Sequence record: MZ501080
Strand: one strand, 5' to 3'
Source of the DNA: Escherichia phage JeanPiccard
Length of the DNA: 47,149 nt
Under the pieces are notes generated by a model, which saw only the letters and a list, made by a program, of their open reading frames with translations, did not search any database and was not told the DNA's origin. Positions 1 through 9,297 of this stretch are shown here, in pieces (the stretch's first letter is position 1; each line of letters begins with the position of its first letter). Both the position numbers and the translations under genes were made by a program.

Positions 1-507
1 ATGAGCAAAGCAGCATTAAAGATGGGTGAGGGAAATTTCAAGGCACTCTACAACAAGAAGTATGGCGATATTGCTATGGTGGCAATCAACCGTAAGTATA
101 CGCCTGAGGAGGTTTTCGATTTCGCAGTGAGATACTTCTCCTGGGCTGAGGGTGAGGCAATTAAAGCCATTGAGACGGCGGCATTCCGGGGTGTGGTTAG
201 TGAGAGCTTAGTGCACAAGCCTAGAGTGTTCACATTAACCGGCCTGGCACTATTCATGGGTGTTAACATCAATAGATTCGCTCGTTGGCGTGCTGAGGCT
301 GGATACTCTGACGTGATGGAATTCATTGATAACGTAATCTACGAACAGAAATATCAGCTCTGCGTTGCAGGCATTATCAACTCCACCATTGTTGGTAAAG
401 AGCTTGGCATTGATAAGCCGCAGGAGATCACCATTAGCAACAACTCCACAGCCAACGACGTTGATAGCATGAAGGAAGCGCTTGAGTCTGTTATTGGTAA
501 GTTGTAG
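1..507 (+). CDS. terminase small subunit (may be 5'-truncated by window edge)
   Basis: ORF directly upstream of large terminase; HTH-like segment LTGLALFMGVNINRFARW; position in packaging module. Confidence 0.6.
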   Translation: MSKAALKMGEGNFKALYNKKYGDIAMVAINRKYTPEEVFDFAVRYFSWAEGEAIKAIETAAFRGVVSESLVHKPRVFTLTGLALFMGVNINRFARWRAEAGYSDVMEFIDNVIYEQKYQLCVAGIINSTIVGKELGIDKPQEITISNNSTANDVDSMKEALESVIGKL

Positions 508-522
508 CACTTATTGTTAAAA
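505..522 (+). promoter_or_regulatory. dyad motif TAGCACttatTGTTAAAA (family copy a); TAG is the terS stop codon
   Basis: member of repeated TAGCAC-N5-TTG(C/T)TAAA family; followed about 22 nt later by TGaGATAAT -10-like element. Confidence 0.4.
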
Positions 523-575
523 GAAGAGCCCCAATCAGTGAGATAATGGTCCCAATAAACTAACGAGGTGATGAT

Positions 576-1052
576 ATGGATTGGGGTGATTTTTTCTATT
601 TAAGCAGCGAATCTCCTAGTGGTCTAAAATGGAAAGTTGACAAAGGGAGGGTAAGGGCTGGCGATAACGCTATAACGGCAATTGGTAATGGCTATTACAA
701 GGGCAGGTTAAACCAGGTGACTGTTTATGCCCACAGGGTAGTTTATTTTCTTGCGTACGGAGTAAAGCCAGAGGTAATAGATCACATTGATGGTGATGGC
801 CTTAATAACTCAATAGACAATCTTCGAGACGGAACAACAAGGCAGAATATGCAAAACAGAGCGTGTAAGGGCTACAGCTACAACAAAAGGGATGACGTTT
901 ATTACGCGCAGATAACAAAGAATGGGGTGACTAGACATATTGGGTCTTTCTCCACAAAGGAATCAGCCATAGCTGCATACCTAAGAGAGAAGTCTTTAGT
1001 TCATGAGTTTTATAATGAGGAAAGAGATATATGCTCATCTGGGAAGAAATGA
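576..1052 (+). CDS. HNH homing endonuclease with AP2-like DNA-binding domain
   Basis: HIDGDGLNNSIDNLR HNH motif; C-terminal AP2-like segment; inserted between terS and terL; paralog at 13303..13779. Confidence 0.8.
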   Translation: MDWGDFFYLSSESPSGLKWKVDKGRVRAGDNAITAIGNGYYKGRLNQVTVYAHRVVYFLAYGVKPEVIDHIDGDGLNNSIDNLRDGTTRQNMQNRACKGYSYNKRDDVYYAQITKNGVTRHIGSFSTKESAIAAYLREKSLVHEFYNEERDICSSGKK

Positions 1053-2593
1053 CAAGTCAGGAGAAGCTAGCCGTTAAGGCCATCTCAGAGCATAGTTTTG
1101 AGGGCTTTTTAAGGTGTTGGTTTTCAATAACGCAAGGAGAGCGATACATCCCCAATTGGCATCACAAGTACTTGTGCAGAATTATCGACGAGATTATTGC
1201 CGGAGAGCGGAAAGACACCATCATTAACATAGCTCCGGGTAGCGGAAAGACAGAAATTACATCAATCCACTTCCCGGTTTACTCGATGCTAAAGCTAAAG
1301 AAGGTTCGCAACCTGAACATCTCGTTCGCCGACTCAAACGTGAAGCGAAACTCAAAGCGCGTCCGTGACTTGATATCATCAAAGGAGTTCCAGGAGCTAT
1401 GGCCTTGCAAGTTCGGGACAAATAAAGATGACGAGATTCAGATCGTTGATGACAATGGAAAGGTTAGATTCGAGTCCATATCAGCATCAAAAGGAGGTAG
1501 GATTACTGGCACGCGTGGTGGGTATATTACCGACACATACAGTGGCGCGGTAATGCTGGATGACTTCGATAAACCCGACGAGATGTTTTCATCTGTATAC
1601 AGAGCCAAGAGTCACACGCTGCTTGGTAATACCATTCGTTCGCGTCGAGCAAGCTCGGTAAAGGGGAAGGCAACTCCAATTATCCAGATTCAGCAGAGAC
1701 TTCACGTCAATGACTCAACATGGTTCATGCTTAGCGGCGGCATGGGGATTGATTTTGATTTGGTTAAGATACCAGCACTGGTTACTGAAGATTACGCCGA
1801 TACATTACCTGACTGGATTAAGCAGCAATTTATTGATGATGTATTATCAAGCGAATATGTTGAGCGTGATGGGGTGAGGTATTATAGCTACTTTCCAGGA
1901 AAGGAGTCTGTGCATGACCTGGTTGCGATGTGGGATAGTGACCCGTACACGTTCCTTAGCCAGTATCAACAGGAACCCGTAGCGCTCGGCGGCAATCTGA
2001 TTAACGTGGACTGGTTCCAGCGAATCAGTGATACATTCAGACCTCCAGCTAAGTACGATTACCGATTCATCACATGCGATACTGCAATGACTACAAAGAG
2101 TTATAGTGACTTCTCTGTACTTCAGCTGTGGGGCTATAAGGATGCTAAGATTTACCTGATAGACCAGCGTAGAGGTAAGTGGGAGGCACCAGAGTTGGAG
2201 GCTGAGCTTCTGGATTTTGAGAAGAAATCAAGGGCAACCAGTCAGACGGATGGCATCCTTCGAAAGATTATCATCGAGAAGAAAGCCTCTGGCATAGGCT
2301 TGATTCAATCGGCGGGTAGAGTTATGCGAACACCGATAGAGCCATACGTACCGGATAACGACAAGCTTACTCGCGTAATGAGCGCATTACCACAGATTAA
2401 GACTGGTAACGTCGTTCTTCCAGAGTCAGCGACATGGCTAAATGGATTGCTTACTGAGGTTGCGGCTTTTACCGCAGACGACTCACATAAGCACGATGAC
2501 CAAATTGACTGTCTAACAATGGCAGTAAACCTTGTTCTCAATATCGCAGATGATCCTAAGTCCAGATTAATGCGCATAGCGGGAATTAAATAG
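1049..2593 (+). CDS. terminase large subunit
   Basis: about 515 aa; Walker A-like PGSGKTE; C-terminal nuclease-like region; ATGA overlap with upstream stop, GGGAAG RBS (alternative ATG at 1031). Confidence 0.9.
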   Translation: MTSQEKLAVKAISEHSFEGFLRCWFSITQGERYIPNWHHKYLCRIIDEIIAGERKDTIINIAPGSGKTEITSIHFPVYSMLKLKKVRNLNISFADSNVKRNSKRVRDLISSKEFQELWPCKFGTNKDDEIQIVDDNGKVRFESISASKGGRITGTRGGYITDTYSGAVMLDDFDKPDEMFSSVYRAKSHTLLGNTIRSRRASSVKGKATPIIQIQQRLHVNDSTWFMLSGGMGIDFDLVKIPALVTEDYADTLPDWIKQQFIDDVLSSEYVERDGVRYYSYFPGKESVHDLVAMWDSDPYTFLSQYQQEPVALGGNLINVDWFQRISDTFRPPAKYDYRFITCDTAMTTKSYSDFSVLQLWGYKDAKIYLIDQRRGKWEAPELEAELLDFEKKSRATSQTDGILRKIIIEKKASGIGLIQSAGRVMRTPIEPYVPDNDKLTRVMSALPQIKTGNVVLPESATWLNGLLTEVAAFTADDSHKHDDQIDCLTMAVNLVLNIADDPKSRLMRIAGIK

Positions 2594-2605
2594 CCGTGAT
2601 AAACT

Positions 2606-2628
2606 AGCCCCTACATGGGGCTTTTTTA
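2606..2628 (+). terminator. rho-independent terminator
   Basis: hairpin AGCCCCtacaTGGGGCT followed by T6. Confidence 0.6.
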
Positions 2629-2640
2629 TTGGAGAAAAAC

Positions 2641-3906
2641 ATGGTCAAGACAGACAGCTACGCCAATATCTTTCTAGGCGGCAGTGATGGCAGTGAGATT
2701 TACGGAAGTTTACAGAATCAGGCGCCTACAATTCTGGCTTCGCTTTATGCGGATAATGCACTGGTGCGTCGAATTATAGACACAATCCCTGAAACGGCAT
2801 TGGCGGCAGGATTCCACATTGATGGTATTGATGACGAACCTGCATTCTGGTCACGCTGGGATGACCTGGAAATGACACAGAATATTAACGATGCCTGGTC
2901 ATGGGCGAGATTATTCGGTGGAGCGGCAATTGTCGCTATCGTTAAGGACAATAGAGCGCTAACAAGTCCGGTAAGGGAAGGTGCCGAGCTTGAAACTGTT
3001 CGCGTTTACGACCGTACTCAAGTAAAAGTGCAGACACGCGAGGAGAATCCCCGCAACGCACGTTTTGGCAAGCCTCTGACCTATCGGATCACTACTAATG
3101 AGAGCGATATGTTCTACGATGTGCACTACAGCCGAATTCACATCATTGACGGAGAGCGAGTACCTAACGTAATGCGTCGACAGAATGATGGCTGGGGCCG
3201 TAGCGTTCTTTCCATTGACATCCTTGACTCAATTAAGGATTACACCAAATGCGAACAACTGGCAACTCAGTTGCTGAAGCGTAAGCAGCAAGCGGTCTGG
3301 AAAGTAAAAGATTTAGCCTTGTTGTGTGATGATAGCGAAGGGGTTGGTGCTGCCAGATTGCGACTTGCCCAGGTAGATAACAATAGCGGCGTTGGTCAGG
3401 CGATTGGCATTGACGCTGAATCTGAAGATTACAGCATTCTAAACTCTGATATTGGCGGGATTGATGCGTTCCTGGATAAGAAGTTTGATAGAATCGTTGC
3501 TCTGAGCGGCATTCATGAAATCATCTTGAAGAACAAGAACGTTGGCGGCGTATCATCAAGCCAGAACACAGCACTTGAGACATTCCACAAGCTGGTTGAC
3601 CGCAAGCGCAACTCTGAACTTCTTCCGATTCTTGAGTTCTTAATCCCGTTCATCGTTAACGTTGACGAATGGTCAGTTGAGTTTAATCCTTTAGCTCAGG
3701 AATCAAGCAAGGACAAAGCAGAGATTCTGGAGAAGAACGTAAACAGCATTGCGGCGCTAATTGCAGCTGGCGCTATGGATACTAACGAGGCACGTGATAC
3801 ACTACGAACTATCGCGCCAGAGATTAAGATTTCAGATGGCGATATTGACGCTCAACAACAAGAACCACCAGAGGAGGATGTAATTAATGAGCAAAATCCG
3901 CTATGA
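2641..3906 (+). CDS. portal protein
   Basis: about 420 aa ORF immediately after terL; GGAG RBS before ATG 2641 (track start 2629 is TTG); acidic C-terminus. Confidence 0.8.
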   Translation: MVKTDSYANIFLGGSDGSEIYGSLQNQAPTILASLYADNALVRRIIDTIPETALAAGFHIDGIDDEPAFWSRWDDLEMTQNINDAWSWARLFGGAAIVAIVKDNRALTSPVREGAELETVRVYDRTQVKVQTREENPRNARFGKPLTYRITTNESDMFYDVHYSRIHIIDGERVPNVMRRQNDGWGRSVLSIDILDSIKDYTKCEQLATQLLKRKQQAVWKVKDLALLCDDSEGVGAARLRLAQVDNNSGVGQAIGIDAESEDYSILNSDIGGIDAFLDKKFDRIVALSGIHEIILKNKNVGGVSSSQNTALETFHKLVDRKRNSELLPILEFLIPFIVNVDEWSVEFNPLAQESSKDKAEILEKNVNSIAALIAAGAMDTNEARDTLRTIAPEIKISDGDIDAQQQEPPEEDVINEQNPL

Positions 3907-4978
3907 CAGCGCAAAGGTGAAAGCCAGATTTGATGAAAACGGCTTTCTGGTTGATACCCCGATTGTTGCTCGCGTCGGGGTGCAAACATACTACCTTCCG
4001 GACGGCACAGAACGCAGAGAATTTAGACCAGCCTCAGAGGTCTTTAAACCTGATTCTCTGGCTAGTTATCAGGGAAAGCCAATTACCTTAGGTCATGTGT
4101 TTGTTAACGCAGATAATGCTAAAGAGGTCGTTGTAGGTTCGGTATCTGGCTCGGCAATGCGTGAAGATTCAAATGTGATTGTTCCGCTAACTGTTTACGA
4201 CAAGGAATCAATCGAGAAGGCCAAGAATGGCATCGCTGGTGAGTTGTCAGTAGGCTACCATACTGTTGATATTGAGTCTAAGGGCTGGGGTAGCAACGAA
4301 ACCGGTGAGTATAAGCTGGATGGAGAGTATCAATCACAAGATGAGATTCCTACTGACTGGGTTAGATTTGATGCCCTGCAAACTGAAATTAAGGTAAACC
4401 ACGTCGCCCTGGTATATAAAGGTCGCGCTGGTGTGGCCAAACTTAACTTTGACGCTCAACAGGAAAACCCGTATACTACTGACGTTGATATCAATAAAGA
4501 GGATAAACAGGAAATGACAGTTAAAATTAAACTCGACGGCGCGCAGGAATTCGAAGTTGCCACGGAAATCGCTTCTCACATCGAAGCACTGAACGCAAAG
4601 GCTGACACCGCAATCGCAGAGCGTGATGCGCTGAAAGCTAAAGTAGATGCAATTCCCTCTGAAATCGAGGCAGCCGTAGCTAAAGCTAAAGCTGATGCTG
4701 ACGCCCTGGCGGCACTAGTTGCTGTTGCTGCTGAAGCTGGCGTTAAGGCTGATGGTATGGATGCTAAAGGCATTAAAGTTGCTTACGTTAAAGAAGTCTC
4801 CGGCCTTGATGTTTCTGAGAAATCCGACGCATACATCGACGCAGCGTTCGACATTGCCAAAGAATCTGATAAAATGGCTGAAGTACGTAAAGCGACTACC
4901 GCTTCCGACAAATCTGACAGCGCCAATGAGCCTAAGAAATTAGACCCGCGTGCTCGTTTAGCTAAAATCAAGAAATAA
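3887..4978 (+). CDS. head morphogenesis / scaffold-like protein (possible prohead protease-scaffold fusion)
   Basis: position between portal and capsid genes; Ala/Lys-rich coiled-coil C-terminal half typical of scaffolds; GAGGAGG RBS. Confidence 0.55.
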   Translation: MSKIRYDSAKVKARFDENGFLVDTPIVARVGVQTYYLPDGTERREFRPASEVFKPDSLASYQGKPITLGHVFVNADNAKEVVVGSVSGSAMREDSNVIVPLTVYDKESIEKAKNGIAGELSVGYHTVDIESKGWGSNETGEYKLDGEYQSQDEIPTDWVRFDALQTEIKVNHVALVYKGRAGVAKLNFDAQQENPYTTDVDINKEDKQEMTVKIKLDGAQEFEVATEIASHIEALNAKADTAIAERDALKAKVDAIPSEIEAAVAKAKADADALAALVAVAAEAGVKADGMDAKGIKVAYVKEVSGLDVSEKSDAYIDAAFDIAKESDKMAEVRKATTASDKSDSANEPKKLDPRARLAKIKK

Positions 4979-4990
4979 GGAGTTATAAAC

Positions 4991-5485
4991 ATGGCAATTC
5001 GTTCTGTAGCACTCGCTGGTATGATTTCTGATACCTCTCTGTATAACATCGACGGCGCTTGTGTGGTTGGCGGCGCGACTGCAATTCCAGCTGGGACCGC
5101 GGTTTCTGTTACCTCAGCCCAGCCGGTTGATGGTCACAAGATTGTTACTGCTGCTAACGTAGCGGCGGACCCGGCAACCGGCGCAGGCGCTCTCGGCGTT
5201 GTAGTTCGCTCTCATTATGATACTCCTGACGGCACCGCGCGAGTAAATGAGGCAGTGAACGTTCTCACTGCTGGCAGAATCTGGATGCGAACCACGCTTT
5301 CTTCAGCACCCACCTTTGGAGCTTCAGTGTTGATTAACGAAGCTGGTGTCGTGGCAGCTGGTGGCGTAGCAACTGGCTGGACATTCGCAGGTGGATTTGT
5401 GACTGGTTACACTGGTACTGACCCAATTCAACCTGGCCAATCAGTTGATGGCGCGCTTGTTGAAGTCCAGGTTAAGCAGAAGTAA
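4991..5485 (+). CDS. putative capsid decoration / head structural protein
   Basis: Gly/Ala/Thr/Val-rich beta-type composition; strong RBS AAGGAG; strong terminator downstream; lambda-like order (decoration before major capsid). Confidence 0.45.
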   Translation: MAIRSVALAGMISDTSLYNIDGACVVGGATAIPAGTAVSVTSAQPVDGHKIVTAANVAADPATGAGALGVVVRSHYDTPDGTARVNEAVNVLTAGRIWMRTTLSSAPTFGASVLINEAGVVAAGGVATGWTFAGGFVTGYTGTDPIQPGQSVDGALVEVQVKQK

Positions 5486-5504
5486 TTGAGTAAAATATAA
5501 ACCA

Positions 5505-5529
5505 ACCTCCTTCGGGAGGTTTTTTTTTA
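5505..5529 (+). terminator. rho-independent terminator
   Basis: hairpin ACCTCCttcgGGAGGT followed by T9. Confidence 0.7.
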
Positions 5530-5534
5530 CACCA

Positions 5535-5562
5535 TTGCGTGGGCTAAAAACTCGTGTATAAT
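5535..5562 (+). promoter_or_regulatory. sigma70-like promoter for major capsid gene
   Basis: TTGCGT, 16-nt spacer, TATAAT with upstream TG. Confidence 0.5.
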
Positions 5563-5600
5563 GAATCCGTAGACACCTAACTGAAAAGGAACAATAAAGA

Positions 5601-6545
5601 ATGGCCATTAAATTTGATGCAGAACAAGCAAAAATCACCGCTCACCTCGAGCAAATGGGCGTAGAGAAGGCCGATGCCGCCGGTATCTGGACCGTCAATC
5701 AGCTGACCGCCGCTCTGAATCGTGCTTACGAAAAAGAATATGCAGACAATTCTGTTGTTAATATCTTCCCGGTAACCAATGAAATTCCTGGTCACGCTAA
5801 GTATTTCGAATATCCAGAATTTGATGGCGTTGGTATTGCTCAGATTATCGCTGATTACTCTGACGACCTGCCGCTGGTTGATGCTTTCATGACCGAGAAA
5901 CAAGGTAAAGTGTTCCGTTTCGGTAACGCATTCCTGATTTCTACTGATGAAATTAAGGCTGGGGCTGCAACTGGTCAGTCGCTATCAACTCGCAAACAAG
6001 CACTGGCTTTCGAGGCGCACGACAACCTGCTGGATAAACTGGTTTGGTCTGGCTCCACTCCGCACGGTATCGTGAGCGTGTTCGACCAGCCGAACATCAA
6101 CAACGTTGTTGCGACGCCAGACTGGAGTGAACCTCTGAACGCAATCAATGACGTCACTGCGATGATTGATGCAGTTGAGACTTCAACTCATGGTGTCCAT
6201 CATGTGACTGACATTCTGCTTCCGGCATCAGCTCGCCGAGTAATGCAGCGCCTGGTTCCGAACACCACCCTGAGCTACGGTGAGTTGTTCACTCGTAACA
6301 ACCCAGGTCTGACAATTCGTTTCTTGCAGTTCCTGGATAACTACGATGGTGCTGGTGGTAAAGCTGCCCTGGCGTTTGAAAAGAACCCGTTGAACATGTC
6401 TATCGAGATTCCAGAAGCTACCAACGTACTTCCTGGTCAACCGAAAGATTTGCACTTTAAGTACCCAGTAACTTCTAAAGCGACCGGTCTGATTGTTTAT
6501 CGCCCTCTGACGATGGCAGTAATCAAAGGCATTACCTTCGCGTAA
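5601..6545 (+). CDS. major capsid protein
   Basis: 314 aa; position and size; own promoter and strong flanking terminators consistent with very high expression. Confidence 0.8.
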   Translation: MAIKFDAEQAKITAHLEQMGVEKADAAGIWTVNQLTAALNRAYEKEYADNSVVNIFPVTNEIPGHAKYFEYPEFDGVGIAQIIADYSDDLPLVDAFMTEKQGKVFRFGNAFLISTDEIKAGAATGQSLSTRKQALAFEAHDNLLDKLVWSGSTPHGIVSVFDQPNINNVVATPDWSEPLNAINDVTAMIDAVETSTHGVHHVTDILLPASARRVMQRLVPNTTLSYGELFTRNNPGLTIRFLQFLDNYDGAGGKAALAFEKNPLNMSIEIPEATNVLPGQPKDLHFKYPVTSKATGLIVYRPLTMAVIKGITFA

Positions 6546-6551
6546 TAAATC

Positions 6552-6573
6552 GCCCTCTTCGGAGGGCTTTTTT
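6552..6573 (+). terminator. rho-independent terminator
   Basis: hairpin GCCCTCttcgGAGGGC followed by T6, then conserved ACGTCTG. Confidence 0.7.
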
Positions 6574-6637
6574 ACGTCTGTACCAAATGGATTTGTTGGG
6601 TTATAATCACCAAATCAGATAAACAAAGGAGACAAAA

Positions 6638-6883
6638 ATGATTCGCTTAGAACACACTGGCGCCTGCCTAATCGTTTACAAGGGTGAGAAATATTTGCCT
6701 GGTGACACTTTCGAGGTTGATGCCATTTGCGACGGTCTTAAGCGTTTAATCGCAGAGGGTAAGCTCACGATTGAGGGTGACGCCAAAACAACCAAGCAGA
6801 TCGCGCAAGAAATTGTTAGCAAGAAAAAGCGCAAAGAACCGAAAACCATCTCCGAGGCTGAGGCTGGCAACGAGTACAAATAA
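6638..6883 (+). CDS. hypothetical small protein (Lys-rich C-terminus)
   Basis: 81 aa ORF with AAAGGAG RBS, bracketed by two terminators and preceded by TATAAT. Confidence 0.5.
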   Translation: MIRLEHTGACLIVYKGEKYLPGDTFEVDAICDGLKRLIAEGKLTIEGDAKTTKQIAQEIVSKKKRKEPKTISEAEAGNEYK

Positions 6884-6888
6884 CAAAC

Positions 6889-6910
6889 AGGGCGCTTCGG
6901 CGTCCTTTAT
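6889..6910 (+). terminator. weak rho-independent terminator
   Basis: imperfect hairpin GGGCGCttcgGCGTCC followed by TTTATT. Confidence 0.35.
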
Positions 6911-6924
6911 TGTATGGAGCTAAT

Positions 6925-7323
6925 ATGAATGATGCAATTTTGGCATTTATGCGATCGCTTGTACCTGCGCTCAAGGCAGTGGATGACGAATCAATTAATG
7001 TGTGGATCGATTTGGCACGTCTCTACGTATGTGAGGGTAAGTTTGGTAATGATGCAGATCGCGCTGTGGGCCTTTATGCACTACACCTGATGCTTGCTGA
7101 TGGCGCATTTAAGGGTGAGAGTGAAGGGCTGGAAACATACAGTCGCAGAATGGCAAGTTACGCACTGAGCGGTGAATTCTCTATCACTTATGATAACCAG
7201 TCGGCAATCCAGGGTGACTTATCATCTTCATCGTGGGGCCGTATGTATAAGGCACTCCTCCGCAAGAAAGGTGGAGGCTTTGGGTTGATTACTTCCGCTC
7301 GTGGCGGTGGGTGCGGTTGCTGA
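6925..7323 (+). CDS. putative head-tail connector / head completion protein
   Basis: position after capsid gene; GGAG RBS before ATG 6925; ATGA-coupled to next gene. Confidence 0.5.
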   Translation: MNDAILAFMRSLVPALKAVDDESINVWIDLARLYVCEGKFGNDADRAVGLYALHLMLADGAFKGESEGLETYSRRMASYALSGEFSITYDNQSAIQGDLSSSSWGRMYKALLRKKGGGFGLITSARGGGCGC

Positions 7324-7694
7324 TGAACTACAACGAAATCGAATCAATCACTCGCGCTGGCATTAACTTCTTTAGTGATTCTAATGGCGTTTACGAGATG
7401 AGTACAGGCGCTGGATATGTTGAAGTCGTTAACGGTGTTGAGGTTAATATTCCAGCAAGAATATTCCAGCTAAAGGGCTTGGTGAGAGAAATCAAGACGC
7501 GCGATATCGATGGCGATTTTATCCAGTTTGGCGATAAGCGTGGAATATTCACAGCTCAGGTGGAAATCAAGCAGGGTTATCAGATCAAAGTTGATGGCGA
7601 GACTTTTGTTGTTGTTGACCCGCGCCCCGTTAAACCAACAGGTACAGTGGTTGGTTATAGACCAATCCTTCGTAGGGTGGCTACTTATGGCTAG
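7323..7694 (+). CDS. putative head-tail joining protein
   Basis: 124 aa; translationally coupled in neck gene block. Confidence 0.45.
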   Translation: MNYNEIESITRAGINFFSDSNGVYEMSTGAGYVEVVNGVEVNIPARIFQLKGLVREIKTRDIDGDFIQFGDKRGIFTAQVEIKQGYQIKVDGETFVVVDPRPVKPTGTVVGYRPILRRVATYG

Positions 7695-8124
7695 AAATAT
7701 TGGAAGCGTGGCTACCTTTGAGAAATCTATTGCTGACTGGATTGACAGGGCTGATAAAGGTTTCGATATTGTAGTGGCTAATACTGTCATTAAGACAGCT
7801 AACGCAATTGTAGACCTTTCCCCTGTCGACACAGGTAGGTTCAAAGCTAACTGGCAAATCACCGCAAATTCACCAGCCCAGCAATCATTGAATGAGTACG
7901 ATCAGACTGGTGGGCAGACGAAAACATATCTCGCCAGACAGGCTAGGGCAGTCGCCAACTCAAAAGCCACTAGTGTTATTTATATCACCAACCGACTTGA
8001 TTACGCAGCAGACCTTGAGTACGGGGCTTCAAATCAGGCTCCGGCTGGCGTTCTTGGTGTGGTGCAAGCAAGGTTGGGCAGGTATTTCCAGGAAGCGGTA
8101 GAGGAGGCTCGTCGTGCAATATGA
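7687..8124 (+). CDS. putative neck / tail completion protein (HK97 gp10-like)
   Basis: 145 aa from ATG 7687 with AGGGTGG RBS; segment DTGRFKANW reminiscent of HK97 gp10-type neck proteins. Confidence 0.5.
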   Translation: MARNIGSVATFEKSIADWIDRADKGFDIVVANTVIKTANAIVDLSPVDTGRFKANWQITANSPAQQSLNEYDQTGGQTKTYLARQARAVANSKATSVIYITNRLDYAADLEYGASNQAPAGVLGVVQARLGRYFQEAVEEARRAI

Positions 8125-8515
8125 ATTATCATTAGCAGCAAGGAAATTCGTCAACGATTTGTTGGTAAATGAATTTCCGGTCAGGTATCCAGTTGCGTGG
8201 GAGAATGCTGCATTCACTCCTCCGGCTGATGGCTCAATCTGGCTTAAGTACGACTACACAGAAGCTGACACGGTAACCTATGGCCTGAGCAGGAAGTGCA
8301 AATACTACTTAGGCATGGTCCAGATTTCTGTTTTCTTCAGCCCGGGCACTGGAGTTGATAAGCCTAGGCAAATCGCTAATCAATTGGCAGAATCTATCGT
8401 TGATGGTACAATGCTTGACAGCGGGACCATTTATGAGTCTGGAGTTGTTAACCCGGTTATCAAATCCAAATCTGGGTGGTTTATCCCGGTTCGTTTTTAT
8501 GTTCGTCTAGACTAA
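8114..8515 (+). CDS. putative tail terminator protein
   Basis: GTG start with GAGGAGG RBS 7 nt upstream; immediately precedes major tail protein gene. Confidence 0.5.
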   Translation: MQYELSLAARKFVNDLLVNEFPVRYPVAWENAAFTPPADGSIWLKYDYTEADTVTYGLSRKCKYYLGMVQISVFFSPGTGVDKPRQIANQLAESIVDGTMLDSGTIYESGVVNPVIKSKSGWFIPVRFYVRLD

Positions 8516-8530
8516 CAAAAGGAAAAATAC

Positions 8531-9187
8531 ATGGCTCATTTATCAAACGGCACTCAGGTGTTCGTAGAAGGCTCTCGCGGAGCTGCAATTGACGTAACTG
8601 CAATCTCTAACGCAGTTACCCCTGTTTTAACTGTATCTGACGCATCCGGATTGGTTGTTGGTGATTATCTGCTTTTCACCTCCTCAGCCTCCACGCTTCT
8701 GGCTGATAAGCAAGTTCGCGTAACTGCAATCACTGGCACGTCAGTAACTGTTGAGGGTATTGATACCTCCAGCACCACCAAGTTCCCGGCTGGCTTAACT
8801 GGTGAAGTTGTTAAGATTACTTCCTGGTTCGAAGTTCCGTGCGTTCAGGACGTATCTACTGATGGCGGCGAACAGCAGTTCGTTAACTTCCAGTGTCTTT
8901 CTGATGACCGTGAACAGCAGATTCCGACTTACAAGTCTGCCGTAACAAACACCTTTACCTTTGCTCACGAGTACACTAACCCGGTTTACCCGGTTCTGCG
9001 TAACTATGATGAGTCTGGTCAGGTTGTTGCAATTCGTCTGTTCGTACCTCGCGCTCAGGAAATGCGCTTGCAGTCCGGAACCATCGCTTTCAACGACACC
9101 CCTACCATTGGTGTTAACGAAATCGAGACGGTATCCATCGCAGTATCCATTCGTGGTCGCCTGTCATCTGTGGCAGCTGAAGTTTAA
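8531..9187 (+). CDS. major tail (tube) protein
   Basis: 218 aa; position before chaperone/tape-measure genes; strong terminator downstream. Confidence 0.75.
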   Translation: MAHLSNGTQVFVEGSRGAAIDVTAISNAVTPVLTVSDASGLVVGDYLLFTSSASTLLADKQVRVTAITGTSVTVEGIDTSSTTKFPAGLTGEVVKITSWFEVPCVQDVSTDGGEQQFVNFQCLSDDREQQIPTYKSAVTNTFTFAHEYTNPVYPVLRNYDESGQVVAIRLFVPRAQEMRLQSGTIAFNDTPTIGVNEIETVSIAVSIRGRLSSVAAEV

Positions 9188-9194
9188 AACACAA

Positions 9195-9216
9195 ACCCTC
9201 TTCGGAGGGTTTTTTA
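9195..9216 (+). terminator. rho-independent terminator
   Basis: hairpin AACCCTCttcgGAGGGTT followed by T5. Confidence 0.7.
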
Positions 9217-9221
9217 TTGCA

Positions 9222-9239
9222 TAGCACTTTTTGATAAAG
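9222..9239 (+). promoter_or_regulatory. dyad motif TAGCACttttTGATAAAG (family copy b)
   Basis: motif family member; followed by TATAGTTAACTCATCTAAACGAA leader. Confidence 0.4.
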
Positions 9240-9297
9240 CGTTAATTCAATCTTCCTGTATAGTTAACTCATCTAAACGAAATGAGAGATTAAAGAA

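Noticed and set aside
2629-2640. TTG or GTG start codons proposed by the ORF track for several genes (portal at 2629, L-like at 14160, 7311, 43904)
   Set aside because: In each case an in-frame ATG with a properly spaced Shine-Dalgarno sequence lies a few codons downstream, often just after a terminator hairpin; the ATG starts were preferred.
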